Below are positions 36,369-46,410 of a stretch of 64,000 nt of DNA, one piece after another (the stretch's first letter is position 1; each line of letters starts with the position of its first letter). Under the pieces are notes generated by a model. That model was not told the origin of the DNA, did no database searches, and saw nothing but the letters and a program-made list of their open reading frames with translations. The translations under genes were made by a program, and so were the position numbers. The DNA is from Ignavibacteriaceae bacterium. Its GTDB lineage: Bacteria; Bacteroidota; Ignavibacteria; Ignavibacteriales; Ignavibacteriaceae. Location of the stretch: the NCBI GenBank assembly GCA_041739035.1, contig JBGSOQ010000062.1, forward strand, positions 44,775 to 108,774. Reading direction: 5' to 3'.

Positions 36369-38408
36369 TTATTTGAGAAGAATCATTTTTTTTGATACGC
36401 TAAAATTTCCAGAAACTAATCTGTAAATATAAACTCCACTCGGAATATTCTTCAAAATTGAATTGCTCCCAAACTCAATCTCATAACTTCCCGCAGGTTT
36501 GTACTCATTTACGAGTGTTGCAACTTCATTCCCTAAAACGTCAAAAACTTTTAATTGCGTCATTGTAGTGGACGCAAACTTTGCGTCCATTAAGGATGGA
36601 ATTGTAAATTTAATTTTTGTGCTGGGATTAAAAGGGTTAGGGTAGTTTTGCTCAAGTTCAAATTTATCCGGCATTAAATTAAAACCTTGATCTTCAACCG
36701 ACGTTAAGCCTTCACCATTAAAGTAACCCGAAACAAATACAAGTGGAGCATTCCAGTTAATTGCTATTTCGTTGGAAGCATAACTCCCAACATCATCTAT
36801 ATAACAAAGTGCGGGAGGCGTTGAACTGTTAAAATGAGATTGCAAAACCGGATCATCTAAATATTGATCCGGACCACCGGCTAATAACCCGGGCACAGGA
36901 TTTACAACTCCATCTGCTGCAGATGGACGATGATGTGGATGCATTACTGAATTTGTGCCAACACCTGTAATAAAAGAAATGTTGTGTGCATTAGTTCCCA
37001 GTATATAATATAATTGCATCGAAGCTATCTGGAAATAAGAATTATTATTTGTTTGTTCGTATGCATAAATAAGCAGTAGTGCTTTGTTGAGAACATCTGA
37101 ATTGCAACCCCAATAATATTCACCAGGGTTTATTGTTACACCAAAACCGTTTGAACTTGCTCTGCCCAAAAGAGTGTTAGCATAACTTATCAAACTGTTT
37201 TTAATTTGTGTCTTTATATTTTCTGATGAACTTAATTGAGAAGAGTTAAGATATGTCAACAAGGCTAGATTTTTAACTTTATTCCAGGACATTGCACCGG
37301 AAATAATTCCACCTAAATTATAATTTGAAATAACATAATTATGATATTCAGCTAGTCCAGTCGTTTCGTATAATTCGGTTGCAGCCCATAATCTTTCATC
37401 AGAATCATTTGTGTCGCCGTATTCGCCGGTTACTGTTCCGGTTGGATTTTTAAATCCACCAACAGGAACTAGAGAGGGATTAGCAATTAAAAAACTCCAT
37501 GCAAGTGTGGCAGCATTTAAACACTTGTTAGAAAAAGTTGTGTCAATAGAATTATAAAGCCGTGCGGCTCTTGCCATCATCGCAGCAAAATTGCCTGTTG
37601 CTGTACTCGAAAGCACATAAATATATCTTATACCAGAATCATTTTGCGGCATGATGAAAGGCTCAAATTGTTCTTTCGTGATTTTGAAATATACTCCACC
37701 ATTATCATTTTGCATTTTCAATAGCCATTCAAGTTCGTATCTAACTTCATCTAATATATCAGGGATACCATTTCCGCTTTCAGGTATGTTTAAATTATCT
37801 TGATTAAATTTTTCCGGAAAGCTCTCATAAGCTAAAAGTAGAGTCCCAACTGTTATACCTGAGTTTACAACATACTTTCCATAATCTCCTGCATCATGCC
37901 AGCCTCCTGTTGTATATCTAAATCCCGATTGACCTGTTGAAGTATGATAAAAACCATCACCCGTATGACAAGCTGCATGATAATAAACACCTGCATAAGG
38001 CTGTAATAGAGGGGTTCCGCAACGCTGAAAATAATATCCCTTTATTGATTTTTTGTACACATCATCGTAAACAGTTGTAGAAATTGGGAATTTATGAGAC
38101 GAATCACCATTACTTAAACGGATAAAGTAATTGCCAATATTTTCAAAAGCTGAAAAATCTCCTGAGTAAAGTGTTAAACCGGTGGCAGGATCGTTAGCAG
38201 TTGAAAAGTAAAGTTCATCCCGGTGTTCTATAATTCCAGTTAAGGTTTCTATTATATAGAAACTATCTGCAAAAACTGATGTATAACATATTTTTGGTAA
38301 TGCGGGTAAATAACCAGCTTGGTTTATAAATACTTGTGCTGAGGACGGCTGCAATTGGAGTATAAAATAAAAGCCAAGCATACCGAAGAGTAAAATATTT
38401 TTTTTCAT
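36369..38408 (-). CDS. Glycoside hydrolase family 9 endoglucanase with N-terminal Ig-like domain and T9SS sorting domain
   Basis: 679 aa. GH9 motifs GGWHDAGDYGKYV, HHRPS, YASNEIAINWNAPLVF. Tail NYPNPFNPSTKIKF...GVYIYRLVSGNFSVSKKMILLK. Confidence 0.92.
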   Translation of the reverse strand: MKKNILLFGMLGFYFILQLQPSSAQVFINQAGYLPALPKICYTSVFADSFYIIETLTGIIEHRDELYFSTANDPATGLTLYSGDFSAFENIGNYFIRLSNGDSSHKFPISTTVYDDVYKKSIKGYYFQRCGTPLLQPYAGVYYHAACHTGDGFYHTSTGQSGFRYTTGGWHDAGDYGKYVVNSGITVGTLLLAYESFPEKFNQDNLNIPESGNGIPDILDEVRYELEWLLKMQNDNGGVYFKITKEQFEPFIMPQNDSGIRYIYVLSSTATGNFAAMMARAARLYNSIDTTFSNKCLNAATLAWSFLIANPSLVPVGGFKNPTGTVTGEYGDTNDSDERLWAATELYETTGLAEYHNYVISNYNLGGIISGAMSWNKVKNLALLTYLNSSQLSSSENIKTQIKNSLISYANTLLGRASSNGFGVTINPGEYYWGCNSDVLNKALLLIYAYEQTNNNSYFQIASMQLYYILGTNAHNISFITGVGTNSVMHPHHRPSAADGVVNPVPGLLAGGPDQYLDDPVLQSHFNSSTPPALCYIDDVGSYASNEIAINWNAPLVFVSGYFNGEGLTSVEDQGFNLMPDKFELEQNYPNPFNPSTKIKFTIPSLMDAKFASTTMTQLKVFDVLGNEVATLVNEYKPAGSYEIEFGSNSILKNIPSGVYIYRLVSGNFSVSKKMILLK

Positions 38409-38501
38409 TGTGTTTGACGATGAAAATTGATGAATTATGTTACTGAAATTTAATTTAATTTTTTCTGATTCCTCAATTAAACTTCAAAATAAATTACATT
38501 T

Positions 38502-38534
38502 AAAAAAGCAGAGGGCTCAGTTTCCTGAGCCCTC
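38502..38534 (-). terminator. Rho-independent terminator of 38575..40671
   Basis: 10-bp GC-rich stem GAGGGCTCAG (38511-38520) / CTGAGCCCTC (38525-38534) with a 4-nt loop. TGCTTTTTT follows on the minus strand. Confidence 0.85.
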
Positions 38535-38574
38535 ATAGATCTAACTAACTACTAACCAACTAATTACATAATTA

Positions 38575-40671
38575 CTATTTCATAAGAACCATCTTACGAA
38601 CCTGAACAAAATTATCAGCTTCAAGTTTGTAGAAGTAAACTCCGGAAGCATAATTACTAGCATTCCAGGTTACATTATATGTGCCTGCACTTTTAACATC
38701 ATCAGCAATAACTTCCAACTGATTACCGAGTGCATCATAAATTACAACTTTTACTTTAGCTTGTTCTGGTAAATTAAAGCTAATTGTCGTTGATGGGTTG
38801 AACGGATTAGGATAGTTCTGATTTAATGAATAAGATGTTGGAGTGTTATTATCTTCAAATTCAACATCAACGGTACCACCCATTTCTGTTATAGCGGCTT
38901 TTAATAATGCTACAGTGAACGCAGGATTGTGTACTCCAAAACTTCTGTCTTCTTCGATCCATAAATAAACATATCCTGCTCTCATGATTGCTGGTGTTAG
39001 AGCGATGGAATCTGCATTATTATTAGTTATTGAAACTAATCCATTTGCATCATGTGGTAATAATGAACCTAAATTTTCCATCAATCCATGAACTTCTAAT
39101 TGCAATCCTTGAGCAACACCATTACCATCTAAATCTGCATTACCATTAACATAGTATTTCTTATCTTTAAATGATGAACCAACGTTTCCATGACAAGGTT
39201 CGCATGCTTCAACGTGATCATTTCCTTCGGTATCATTCATATTAAAGGTATGTCCACCAACTTTTAGCGGATTACCATCAGCATCAGTTTTTTCTCCAAC
39301 CATATGGCAATCTACGCAAGCATTACCACCTGCTACACCGTGTGGTGAAGTTGGGAATTCAATACCGTAAGCCGGTGCATTTTTTCCAAGAAGCATATCA
39401 GCTTGAGGACCATGATGTGCTCCATAATGTGCACTTTGATTATTGGTATTTGAAGCATAGGTTTCTGCATTTCTTCTGCTTCTATGACAAGTCATACAGG
39501 TTGTACCTGTACCGTAAAGGTCTTCAGTGATAAGAGTACCATCACCAAGTGATGATTCGACAGATCTTAATTGATGTGTGTTTGTAGCATCATGAGGATC
39601 ATGACAAGCTGCACAAGAAATATTTATAGCTGGAGGTCTAATCGATGTAGCAGCGGGTAATCCATTTCCATCAACCGGTCTTCCCTCTTTTATCCACTGA
39701 ATAAAACCTGAACCACTGTGACATGGTGAACAGCCATTTCTATCTGTAGATACAACAAAAGCGCCCACTGCGTGACCGCCGTGAAATCCTCTGCCATCAA
39801 ATTCTGTAGCATCAAGTCCAGAATTATTCCATTGATCACCAATTACATGGTGAGTTCCTGAAGCATCATGACAATAATTACAAACTTCAGCACTAACTGA
39901 TTTATCTATCTTTGATTGATCTATTGCACTTAAGTGATTGCTTCCTGGTCCATGACAAGCTTCACATTGAATATTTGCTCTTGCCATTGCATCTGGATAA
40001 AGTACTAAAAGTGAATCATACATTCCGGGTTGAAAAACGGTTGGAAATACAAATGGGAAATCATCAAATCCGTCATTTGCAGCATTAACGTCATATCCAG
40101 TTGAGTGACAAGGCATACAACTTTGTCTGAAGTAACTGCTTAATTCACCATCAAATGCTCTTTTAGTATCCGAGGCATGCCCGGTATTTATCCAAGTGTT
40201 ATAAACATCGGGAAGATTATTAATTGTGTTTTGGTGACAAGTTTTACAAGAAACCGAGCCGCCTTCAACTCCCCAATAAACCGCAGCATTAATTGTTATT
40301 AATGCAACATCACCGGCATTTCCAAATTCAATTACGTAAGTACCAACTACATCCGGTATAAAGGTTACGAGTTGATTTGATGTATCTAAATCCTTAGTTA
40401 ACCCAAATGTAGCATTTGAACCAGTAGGTTTTGTCGAAAAATTCCAGGTTGCACCAGAAAGAGCAACTGATGAAGTTCCCTTTAAATAAACTTTTGTCTC
40501 TTTGCCAACGTTTAATAAACTACTGTAAGCCCTATCAAAATATTGTTCCACAGTATCCTTAGAAACATCTCTTGGAGACACGCCAAAGGGTTTTATACTA
40601 ACCGTCTGAGCAAAGGTAAAAATTGTTCCCAGAATAAAGCAGAGCAAGAACACAAGTAATGATTTTTTCAT
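38575..40671 (-). CDS. Nine-haem c-type cytochrome with T9SS C-terminal sorting domain
   Basis: 698 aa with a signal peptide. Nine CXXCH motifs: CKTCH, CMPCH, CEACH, CNYCH, CSPCH, CAACH, CMTCH, CVDCH, CEPCH. N-terminal beta-sandwich-like ~110 aa. Tail NYPNPFNPSTTISF...GVYFYKLEADNFVQVRKMVLMK. Confidence 0.9.
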   Translation of the reverse strand: MKKSLLVFLLCFILGTIFTFAQTVSIKPFGVSPRDVSKDTVEQYFDRAYSSLLNVGKETKVYLKGTSSVALSGATWNFSTKPTGSNATFGLTKDLDTSNQLVTFIPDVVGTYVIEFGNAGDVALITINAAVYWGVEGGSVSCKTCHQNTINNLPDVYNTWINTGHASDTKRAFDGELSSYFRQSCMPCHSTGYDVNAANDGFDDFPFVFPTVFQPGMYDSLLVLYPDAMARANIQCEACHGPGSNHLSAIDQSKIDKSVSAEVCNYCHDASGTHHVIGDQWNNSGLDATEFDGRGFHGGHAVGAFVVSTDRNGCSPCHSGSGFIQWIKEGRPVDGNGLPAATSIRPPAINISCAACHDPHDATNTHQLRSVESSLGDGTLITEDLYGTGTTCMTCHRSRRNAETYASNTNNQSAHYGAHHGPQADMLLGKNAPAYGIEFPTSPHGVAGGNACVDCHMVGEKTDADGNPLKVGGHTFNMNDTEGNDHVEACEPCHGNVGSSFKDKKYYVNGNADLDGNGVAQGLQLEVHGLMENLGSLLPHDANGLVSITNNNADSIALTPAIMRAGYVYLWIEEDRSFGVHNPAFTVALLKAAITEMGGTVDVEFEDNNTPTSYSLNQNYPNPFNPSTTISFNLPEQAKVKVVIYDALGNQLEVIADDVKSAGTYNVTWNASNYASGVYFYKLEADNFVQVRKMVLMK

Positions 40672-40946
40672 AAACTATCCTCAATGATTTATTTATTTGC
40701 TTGATTTTGAAATCAAACTACGTTCCAAAATTTTGTAACAAGCAATTGTTTCAATTTAGATAATATTACAAATTTTGCAATAATTCTTATTCTCAATCAT
40801 AGTATTAAACATAATTAACTTCCCACATTTAGGAATAACCGATGGTTTTTAGTCATAAATGAGGGATGTTTTGTATTGCGCAAATAATAGCAAGGGAAAG
40901 TTTTCGCATTTATCAAAGGAAATTGGGAATTGGATTCTGTATGAGC

Positions 40947-42629
40947 TTAGTACTCCAAAGTAAATTTAAGAAGTGCGTAGGATAATTTTTCGGTCGTATT
41001 CATTGTGATGTTTTGCTGATGACTATAGTTGTAGGAAATATCAAAAATAAAATCTCTTATCGGCTCTACTCTTAATCCCAGACTAAAAAAATTATTATTA
41101 ATTCTATCACCGTCCAAAAAGTATGCACGATCTGTTTCAAGAACATAACCATGACTAAGGGCAATATCACCGCCAACATTTTTTGTCAGAGTTCCATCTT
41201 CTGCATAAACATTTTCACCTGATCTTTGATAGCGATATTCGAATGCAAATCGCAGCCATTCGTTAAAATTATAATTTGATCTAAACATCAACTCATCAGC
41301 GTTTGGTCCTATCCGGTGACCGAGATTTGCACCAAATGCAGTATAATTATTTTGAATATTAAAATGTGTGTAAACGTAAGGACGAATTTTTGTGTATTCA
41401 AAAATCAATGAAAGATCATTTAGACTTAGTGGATTATACCAAAATGCCCCAAGCTGGTAAGCTGTTTTGTTTGTGTATTTTTCCAGATCTCCAAGATTGC
41501 TTAGGATATTTTCATCAAGCAGAAACGTTGCCTGCAGTTCTAAATTTTTTACAAATTTAGTTTGAAGATCAAAATATATATTCCCATTATCTCTATCCTG
41601 AATCGCCATCTCTATAAACTTATAAAAATTTACCGGCGCTAAATATCCAAGTTCAATTCCACGCCCGGAATAAATCATAGTCTCCCCGATTCCAACATCA
41701 AATAAATTATCAAACTTTAGCTTAAGATGATTATGTGCATAGTACTTTGTGTAGCGCTCCTCAGGTGTGTAACTAAAATATCCTGTTGTTGATGCATGCA
41801 GAGAGGTGAAGCTTATTATACCATAATCAAAATTAAATTTAAGAAAATCCATTGTTGGATTATCACCTGAGAGAATTAATTTGCTTCCATAGCCGTAACC
41901 TAAGGTAATATCTTCCCTGCCAAGTTGAATACTTATATCCATATCTTCATAAGGTTCTGTATAATATTTTAAATAGCCATAAGTAAAATCATAGTTACCA
42001 ATGTTTTCAGTATTCTCAAGCCACTTGAAGCTAGTAAGCAATCGCGGCTCAATAATTTCTGCTAAAGTTTCATCACCGCTAACCCCGCCTTTTATAACAG
42101 TTAAATTGTATCCAAGATGATTAAATACTGTTCCCCTGATTCTAAATCCAATATCGTAAAGATTTGCATTGTCCGCATTTTCCTGTGAGAAATCCTGTCC
42201 ATGATAAAAGTGCCCAAGCCATTCAAAGTAGATATTATTTTCCAGTTCCTGATATGCATATAAATATTTTACTTTATCTGTAACCATTTGATCAAGATCT
42301 GTAAAAAATCCATGTTGCGGATTAAAGAGTTGTGTAGCCGTATCGGGATCGATAGAATCAGAAAATTCGAATCTATACTTATTTAACAGTTTTTTTTCTG
42401 TTGAACTTAGTTCTGTTAGCTTAGCATTTATTTTTTCAAGCAGGTCTTTAACTTCAAATCTGGATAAAACAGGATCGTCTTCCCTGATAAAAGAAATAAT
42501 TCCTTTCACTTTCATTTCCTTAAGAAATGTGTAAACTCCGTGTTGTATTTGAACATTTTCAACCTGTGAAAATGTAAAGCCAGAACAGATAGTAAAAAAT
42601 GAAAGTAGAATAATCAGAAATAATCTCAT
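40947..42629 (-). CDS. Predicted outer-membrane beta-barrel protein (possibly Wzi-like)
   Basis: About 560 aa with a signal peptide. N-terminal helical segment, then long alternating beta-strand pattern rich in Y/G/N. C-terminal LKFTLEY with terminal aromatic residue. ATG at 42629 preferred over the TTG at 42632. The Wzi-like assignment is a guess. Confidence 0.55.
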   Translation of the reverse strand: MRLFLIILLSFFTICSGFTFSQVENVQIQHGVYTFLKEMKVKGIISFIREDDPVLSRFEVKDLLEKINAKLTELSSTEKKLLNKYRFEFSDSIDPDTATQLFNPQHGFFTDLDQMVTDKVKYLYAYQELENNIYFEWLGHFYHGQDFSQENADNANLYDIGFRIRGTVFNHLGYNLTVIKGGVSGDETLAEIIEPRLLTSFKWLENTENIGNYDFTYGYLKYYTEPYEDMDISIQLGREDITLGYGYGSKLILSGDNPTMDFLKFNFDYGIISFTSLHASTTGYFSYTPEERYTKYYAHNHLKLKFDNLFDVGIGETMIYSGRGIELGYLAPVNFYKFIEMAIQDRDNGNIYFDLQTKFVKNLELQATFLLDENILSNLGDLEKYTNKTAYQLGAFWYNPLSLNDLSLIFEYTKIRPYVYTHFNIQNNYTAFGANLGHRIGPNADELMFRSNYNFNEWLRFAFEYRYQRSGENVYAEDGTLTKNVGGDIALSHGYVLETDRAYFLDGDRINNNFFSLGLRVEPIRDFIFDISYNYSHQQNITMNTTEKLSYALLKFTLEY

Positions 42630-42764
42630 CAATGAATCCTGTTTTTGATGAACAAATATATACTTTATAAATAAAAGAAATCACTTTTTGTAACGCTGGA
42701 TAGACGCACTTCGGTTTTTAGATTAAATCGTTTATGCCTAATTTTACAATAAAACGATAGGAAA

Positions 42765-43031
42765 ATGAGAACAATATATTTAAAAGTTAACCGAAACGGA
42801 TTGATAAGAAAGGTTGGTATTGATATGGCTTTTCTATCATCTCATAATAAAATCAGGCTTCCAAAATATTACTTTGAAGAAGGACTTTATCTTTCTTACA
42901 GGAAGAATTTAAAGGAATCCTCAATTGAAGAATATTACCTTACAAAAGACAAAGTAGAAAAAGAAGATAATGATTTTTATTACTTTGATTTTCCTTTCAA
43001 AGTTGGACAGGTATTTGACATTTCAATTTGA
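42765..43031 (+). CDS. Hypothetical small protein
   Basis: 88-aa ORF in an otherwise empty gap. No motif recognised. Confidence 0.3.
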   Translation: MRTIYLKVNRNGLIRKVGIDMAFLSSHNKIRLPKYYFEEGLYLSYRKNLKESSIEEYYLTKDKVEKEDNDFYYFDFPFKVGQVFDISI

Positions 43032-43077
43032 CTATTTAAACACATTAAACAAATATCAATTATAGAGGGACCTAATA

Positions 43078-43926
43078 ATGAAAAAATTACTTCTTGTTTT
43101 GTTAATAGCTATATCATTCAATTCTTATGCGCAGGATATACCTGATTCAGTTCTGGTCGATGGCTGGAATCTGGTCGGGGTAGTCGGATTAAATCTAAGT
43201 CAAACTGCATTAGTCAACTGGTCGCAAGGCGGTTCAAATTCATTAGCCTATGCAGCATATGCAAATCTTGGTGCAGTATTAAAAGAACATCCATGGAAGT
43301 GGAAAAACAGATTAAGTGTAATCTATGGAAGAACTAAACTTGAGGATGTTGGATACAGAACAACAGAGAATGATATCTATTTTGAAACTGTGTTATCAAG
43401 AAACATTGGCTGGGTGGTTGATCCTTTTGTATCTGTTACTGTTAGAACTGCAGTAACCAAGGGATACGATTATTCTGTAGCCGATACCAACATTCAAATT
43501 GTTGACTTTTTTGATCCTGGTTATGTTTCAGAAGCAATAGGATTTACTTACGATCAAAATAAAATAATTACAACAAGACTCGGTTTAGCATTTCAACAAA
43601 CTTTTACAAATCGCTTTACAAATTATACTGATGATCCGGAAACACCAGAAATTGAAACGTTTAAGTTCGATACAGGTATTGAATCTGTTACTGAAGTGAA
43701 GTATGACTTTCTGGAAAACATGACTTATTACAGTTTCTTAAGATTGTTTTCGAGATTCACTTCATTAGATGTCTGGGACGTTAGATGGGATAACATTGTA
43801 ACAGCAAAAGTTAACGACTATATAAATGTAAATTTTAACGTCACATTAATTCATGAAATAAGTCAAACTACAAAAACTCAATTACGAGAATCATTGCAGA
43901 TCGGATTTAGTTATTCTTTATTTTAA
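43078..43926 (+). CDS. DUF3078-family outer-membrane protein
   Basis: 282 aa with a signal peptide. WNLVGVVGLNLSQTALVNWSQGGSNSLAY is typical of DUF3078. C-terminal GFSYSLF. AGAGGGA RBS. Confidence 0.75.
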   Translation: MKKLLLVLLIAISFNSYAQDIPDSVLVDGWNLVGVVGLNLSQTALVNWSQGGSNSLAYAAYANLGAVLKEHPWKWKNRLSVIYGRTKLEDVGYRTTENDIYFETVLSRNIGWVVDPFVSVTVRTAVTKGYDYSVADTNIQIVDFFDPGYVSEAIGFTYDQNKIITTRLGLAFQQTFTNRFTNYTDDPETPEIETFKFDTGIESVTEVKYDFLENMTYYSFLRLFSRFTSLDVWDVRWDNIVTAKVNDYINVNFNVTLIHEISQTTKTQLRESLQIGFSYSLF

Positions 43927-43951
43927 GATCAAAAAAAACAAAAAGAATTAA

Positions 43952-44764
43952 ATGAACTGGCAAGAATTAGTACCTGAGTTAAAAAAGTATTTAACAGAAT
44001 TTGGTGTTCACATCATTTCTGCGTTGATAATCCTGGTCATAGGTTTTTGGGTTTCAAAATCTCTGACGAAAATATTAAAGAAGGTACTTACCAGAAGAAA
44101 TGTTGATATAACACTTATTGGTTTCTTAACCAGTGCTTTAAAATTTGCTCTATATTTGTTTGTCATTATTGCCGCTGTAGGACAGTTAGGTATAGAAACG
44201 ACATCGTTTATCGCCGCTTTAGGTGCAGCCGGACTGGCTATCGGTTTAGCTTTACAGGGTTCACTCGCTAATGTTGCTGCAGGTGTTATGTTAATTATCT
44301 TTAGACAGGTAAAGGTTGGACAATTTGTAGAAAGCGGCGGTGTTAGCGGTACAGTTGAAAAGGTTGGAATATTTAACACTACGTTGCTAACCATAGATAA
44401 CAAAGTGATTTTTATTCCTAACTCAAAACTGATCAATGATAACATAATTAATTATTCAGAGAAAGAAACCAGAAGAATCGATTTGGTTTTTGGCATTAGC
44501 TATAAAGATGATATTGATAAAGCAAAAAATATTATAAAAAACATAATTGATTCTGATCCGCTAATTCTAAAAGAGCCTGCGTCAGTGATTGTTGTTGGTG
44601 AACTTGCTGATAACAGTGTAAACATTTTTGCAAGACCCTGGGTCAATACGCAAGACTTCTTTGAAGTTAAATTCAGATTAATTGAATTGGTAAAGAAAAA
44701 ATTTGATGAGGAAAAAATATCTATTCCATTTCCACAGAGAGATGTTCATATTCATCAGAGTTAA
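43952..44764 (+). CDS. mscS: Small-conductance mechanosensitive channel (MscS family)
   Basis: 270 aa. Three TM helices followed by the MscS beta-domain (GQFVESGGVSGTVEKVGIFNTTLLTIDNKVIFIPNSKL). Confidence 0.88.
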   Translation: MNWQELVPELKKYLTEFGVHIISALIILVIGFWVSKSLTKILKKVLTRRNVDITLIGFLTSALKFALYLFVIIAAVGQLGIETTSFIAALGAAGLAIGLALQGSLANVAAGVMLIIFRQVKVGQFVESGGVSGTVEKVGIFNTTLLTIDNKVIFIPNSKLINDNIINYSEKETRRIDLVFGISYKDDIDKAKNIIKNIIDSDPLILKEPASVIVVGELADNSVNIFARPWVNTQDFFEVKFRLIELVKKKFDEEKISIPFPQRDVHIHQS

Positions 44765-44790
44765 TTTTTATTCGATATTTTTAATCGCTT

Positions 44791-44814
44791 GTCATTCTCA
44801 CGTATGTGGGAATC
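44791..44814. repeat. Short REP-like hairpin (GTCATTCTCAC-GTAT-GTGGGAATC), probable terminator of mscS
   Basis: Stem ATTCTCAC/GTGGGAAT paired at 7 of 8 positions, followed by TATTTTT. Starts 27 nt after the mscS stop. Same GTCATTC...GGAATC flavour as the other intergenic palindromes. Confidence 0.45.
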
Positions 44815-44842
44815 TATTTTTAGACTGATAACAGGATTTAAT

Positions 44843-46408
44843 ATGAGCTTAACAGATAAATTTATTTCCGATCTAACTGAAGGATATACTTTTAAAGGTG
44901 ATTCTTTAATTCTCGGCACTGCAATTTATAATAATGAACCGCAGCAAAATCTTCATATCAAAATTCCACTTAGCACTATAAACAGACACGGTTTAATTGC
45001 AGGAGCTACAGGTACGGGCAAAACAAAAACAGTTCAAATATTTGCAGAAGCATTATCCGAAAAAAGTATTCCTGTTTTGTTGATGGATATTAAAGGAGAT
45101 TTAAGCGGCATTGCTGAAGAAGGAACTTTAAATCCTAAAATAGAAGAAAGACATTCTAAGATTGGTATCAAATATCAACCAAAAAGTTTTCCTGTAGAGT
45201 TTCTTACTTTATCTGAAGAAAAAGGAACTCGACTGCGTGCAACCGTTTCAGAGTTTGGTCCGGTGTTAGTTTCAAAAATTCTGGAATTGAATGACACACA
45301 ATCGGGCTTGCTGGCAATCCTCTTTAAATATTGTGATGATAACAATCTTGCACTTCTCGATTTAAAGGACTTGAAAAAAGTATTGCAATTTGCCACCACT
45401 GAAGGAAAGCAAGAGATTGCAAAAGATTATGGTTCAATTTCTCCGACATCAATCGGAACAATTTTAAGAAAAGTAGTTGAACTTGAACAGCAAGGTGCTG
45501 AAACATTTTTTGGTGAGAAATCATTTGAAGTTGAGGATCTTTTAAGGGTTGATGAAAATGGGAATGGAGTAATATCAATTTTAAGACTAATCGATATTCA
45601 GGATAGACCAAAATTATTTTCTACATTTATGCTTTCGATGCTGGCAGAAATTTACTCAAGCTTTCCTGAGCTTGGTGATAAAGCTGAACCAAAATTAGTT
45701 ATCGTAATAGATGAAGCTCATCTTATATTTAAAGAAGCAAGCAAAGCATTGTTGGATCAGATAGAAACAATAATAAAACTTATAAGATCAAAAGGTGTGG
45801 GTATTTATTTCTGCACACAAAATCCAACTGATGTTCCTCAAGCTGTTTTAAGTCAGCTTGGATTAAAAATACAACATGCACTGCGAGCATTTACTGCACA
45901 AGATAGAAAAATGATTAAACTAACTTCAGAAAATTATCCTATCTCTGAATATTATAAGACTGATGAATTACTTACATCTCTCGGAATCGGCGAAGCTGCA
46001 ATTAGTGCATTAAATGAAAAAGGAGTTCCTACTCCCCTTGCAGCAACATTGCTGTGTGCACCAAGATCACGAATGGATATTTTAACAAATGATGAATTGA
46101 CTTCTAAAATCAATGCTTCTAAAATTCTTGCTAAATATAATCAAGCTATCGATCGTGAAAGCGCTTATGAAATTCTTAATAAGAAATTAGATGCGGCTCG
46201 TGAATTTGATTTACAAATTCCTGATGAACAAAACAGAACTTATGATCGGCAGCCACGAACTAACACAAAAACAAGTACAAGAAAAGAAAAAAGCACTGTT
46301 GATAAAGTTGTGAATAGCCCGCTTTCAAAACAGATAGGTAGAACTTTGGTTAGAGAAATTACACGTGGAATTTTTGGTGTGCTTGGCATAGGTGGAAGAA
46401 AAAGATAA
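44843..46408 (+). CDS. DUF853 / HerA-like P-loop ATPase (YjgR family)
   Basis: Walker A GLIAGATGTGKTKT. Walker B LVIVIDEAHLIF. Basic C-terminal tail. Start moved to ATG 44843 because the track N-terminus overlaps the REP hairpin. Confidence 0.85.
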   Translation: MSLTDKFISDLTEGYTFKGDSLILGTAIYNNEPQQNLHIKIPLSTINRHGLIAGATGTGKTKTVQIFAEALSEKSIPVLLMDIKGDLSGIAEEGTLNPKIEERHSKIGIKYQPKSFPVEFLTLSEEKGTRLRATVSEFGPVLVSKILELNDTQSGLLAILFKYCDDNNLALLDLKDLKKVLQFATTEGKQEIAKDYGSISPTSIGTILRKVVELEQQGAETFFGEKSFEVEDLLRVDENGNGVISILRLIDIQDRPKLFSTFMLSMLAEIYSSFPELGDKAEPKLVIVIDEAHLIFKEASKALLDQIETIIKLIRSKGVGIYFCTQNPTDVPQAVLSQLGLKIQHALRAFTAQDRKMIKLTSENYPISEYYKTDELLTSLGIGEAAISALNEKGVPTPLAATLLCAPRSRMDILTNDELTSKINASKILAKYNQAIDRESAYEILNKKLDAAREFDLQIPDEQNRTYDRQPRTNTKTSTRKEKSTVDKVVNSPLSKQIGRTLVREITRGIFGVLGIGGRKR

Positions 46409-46410
46409 TT

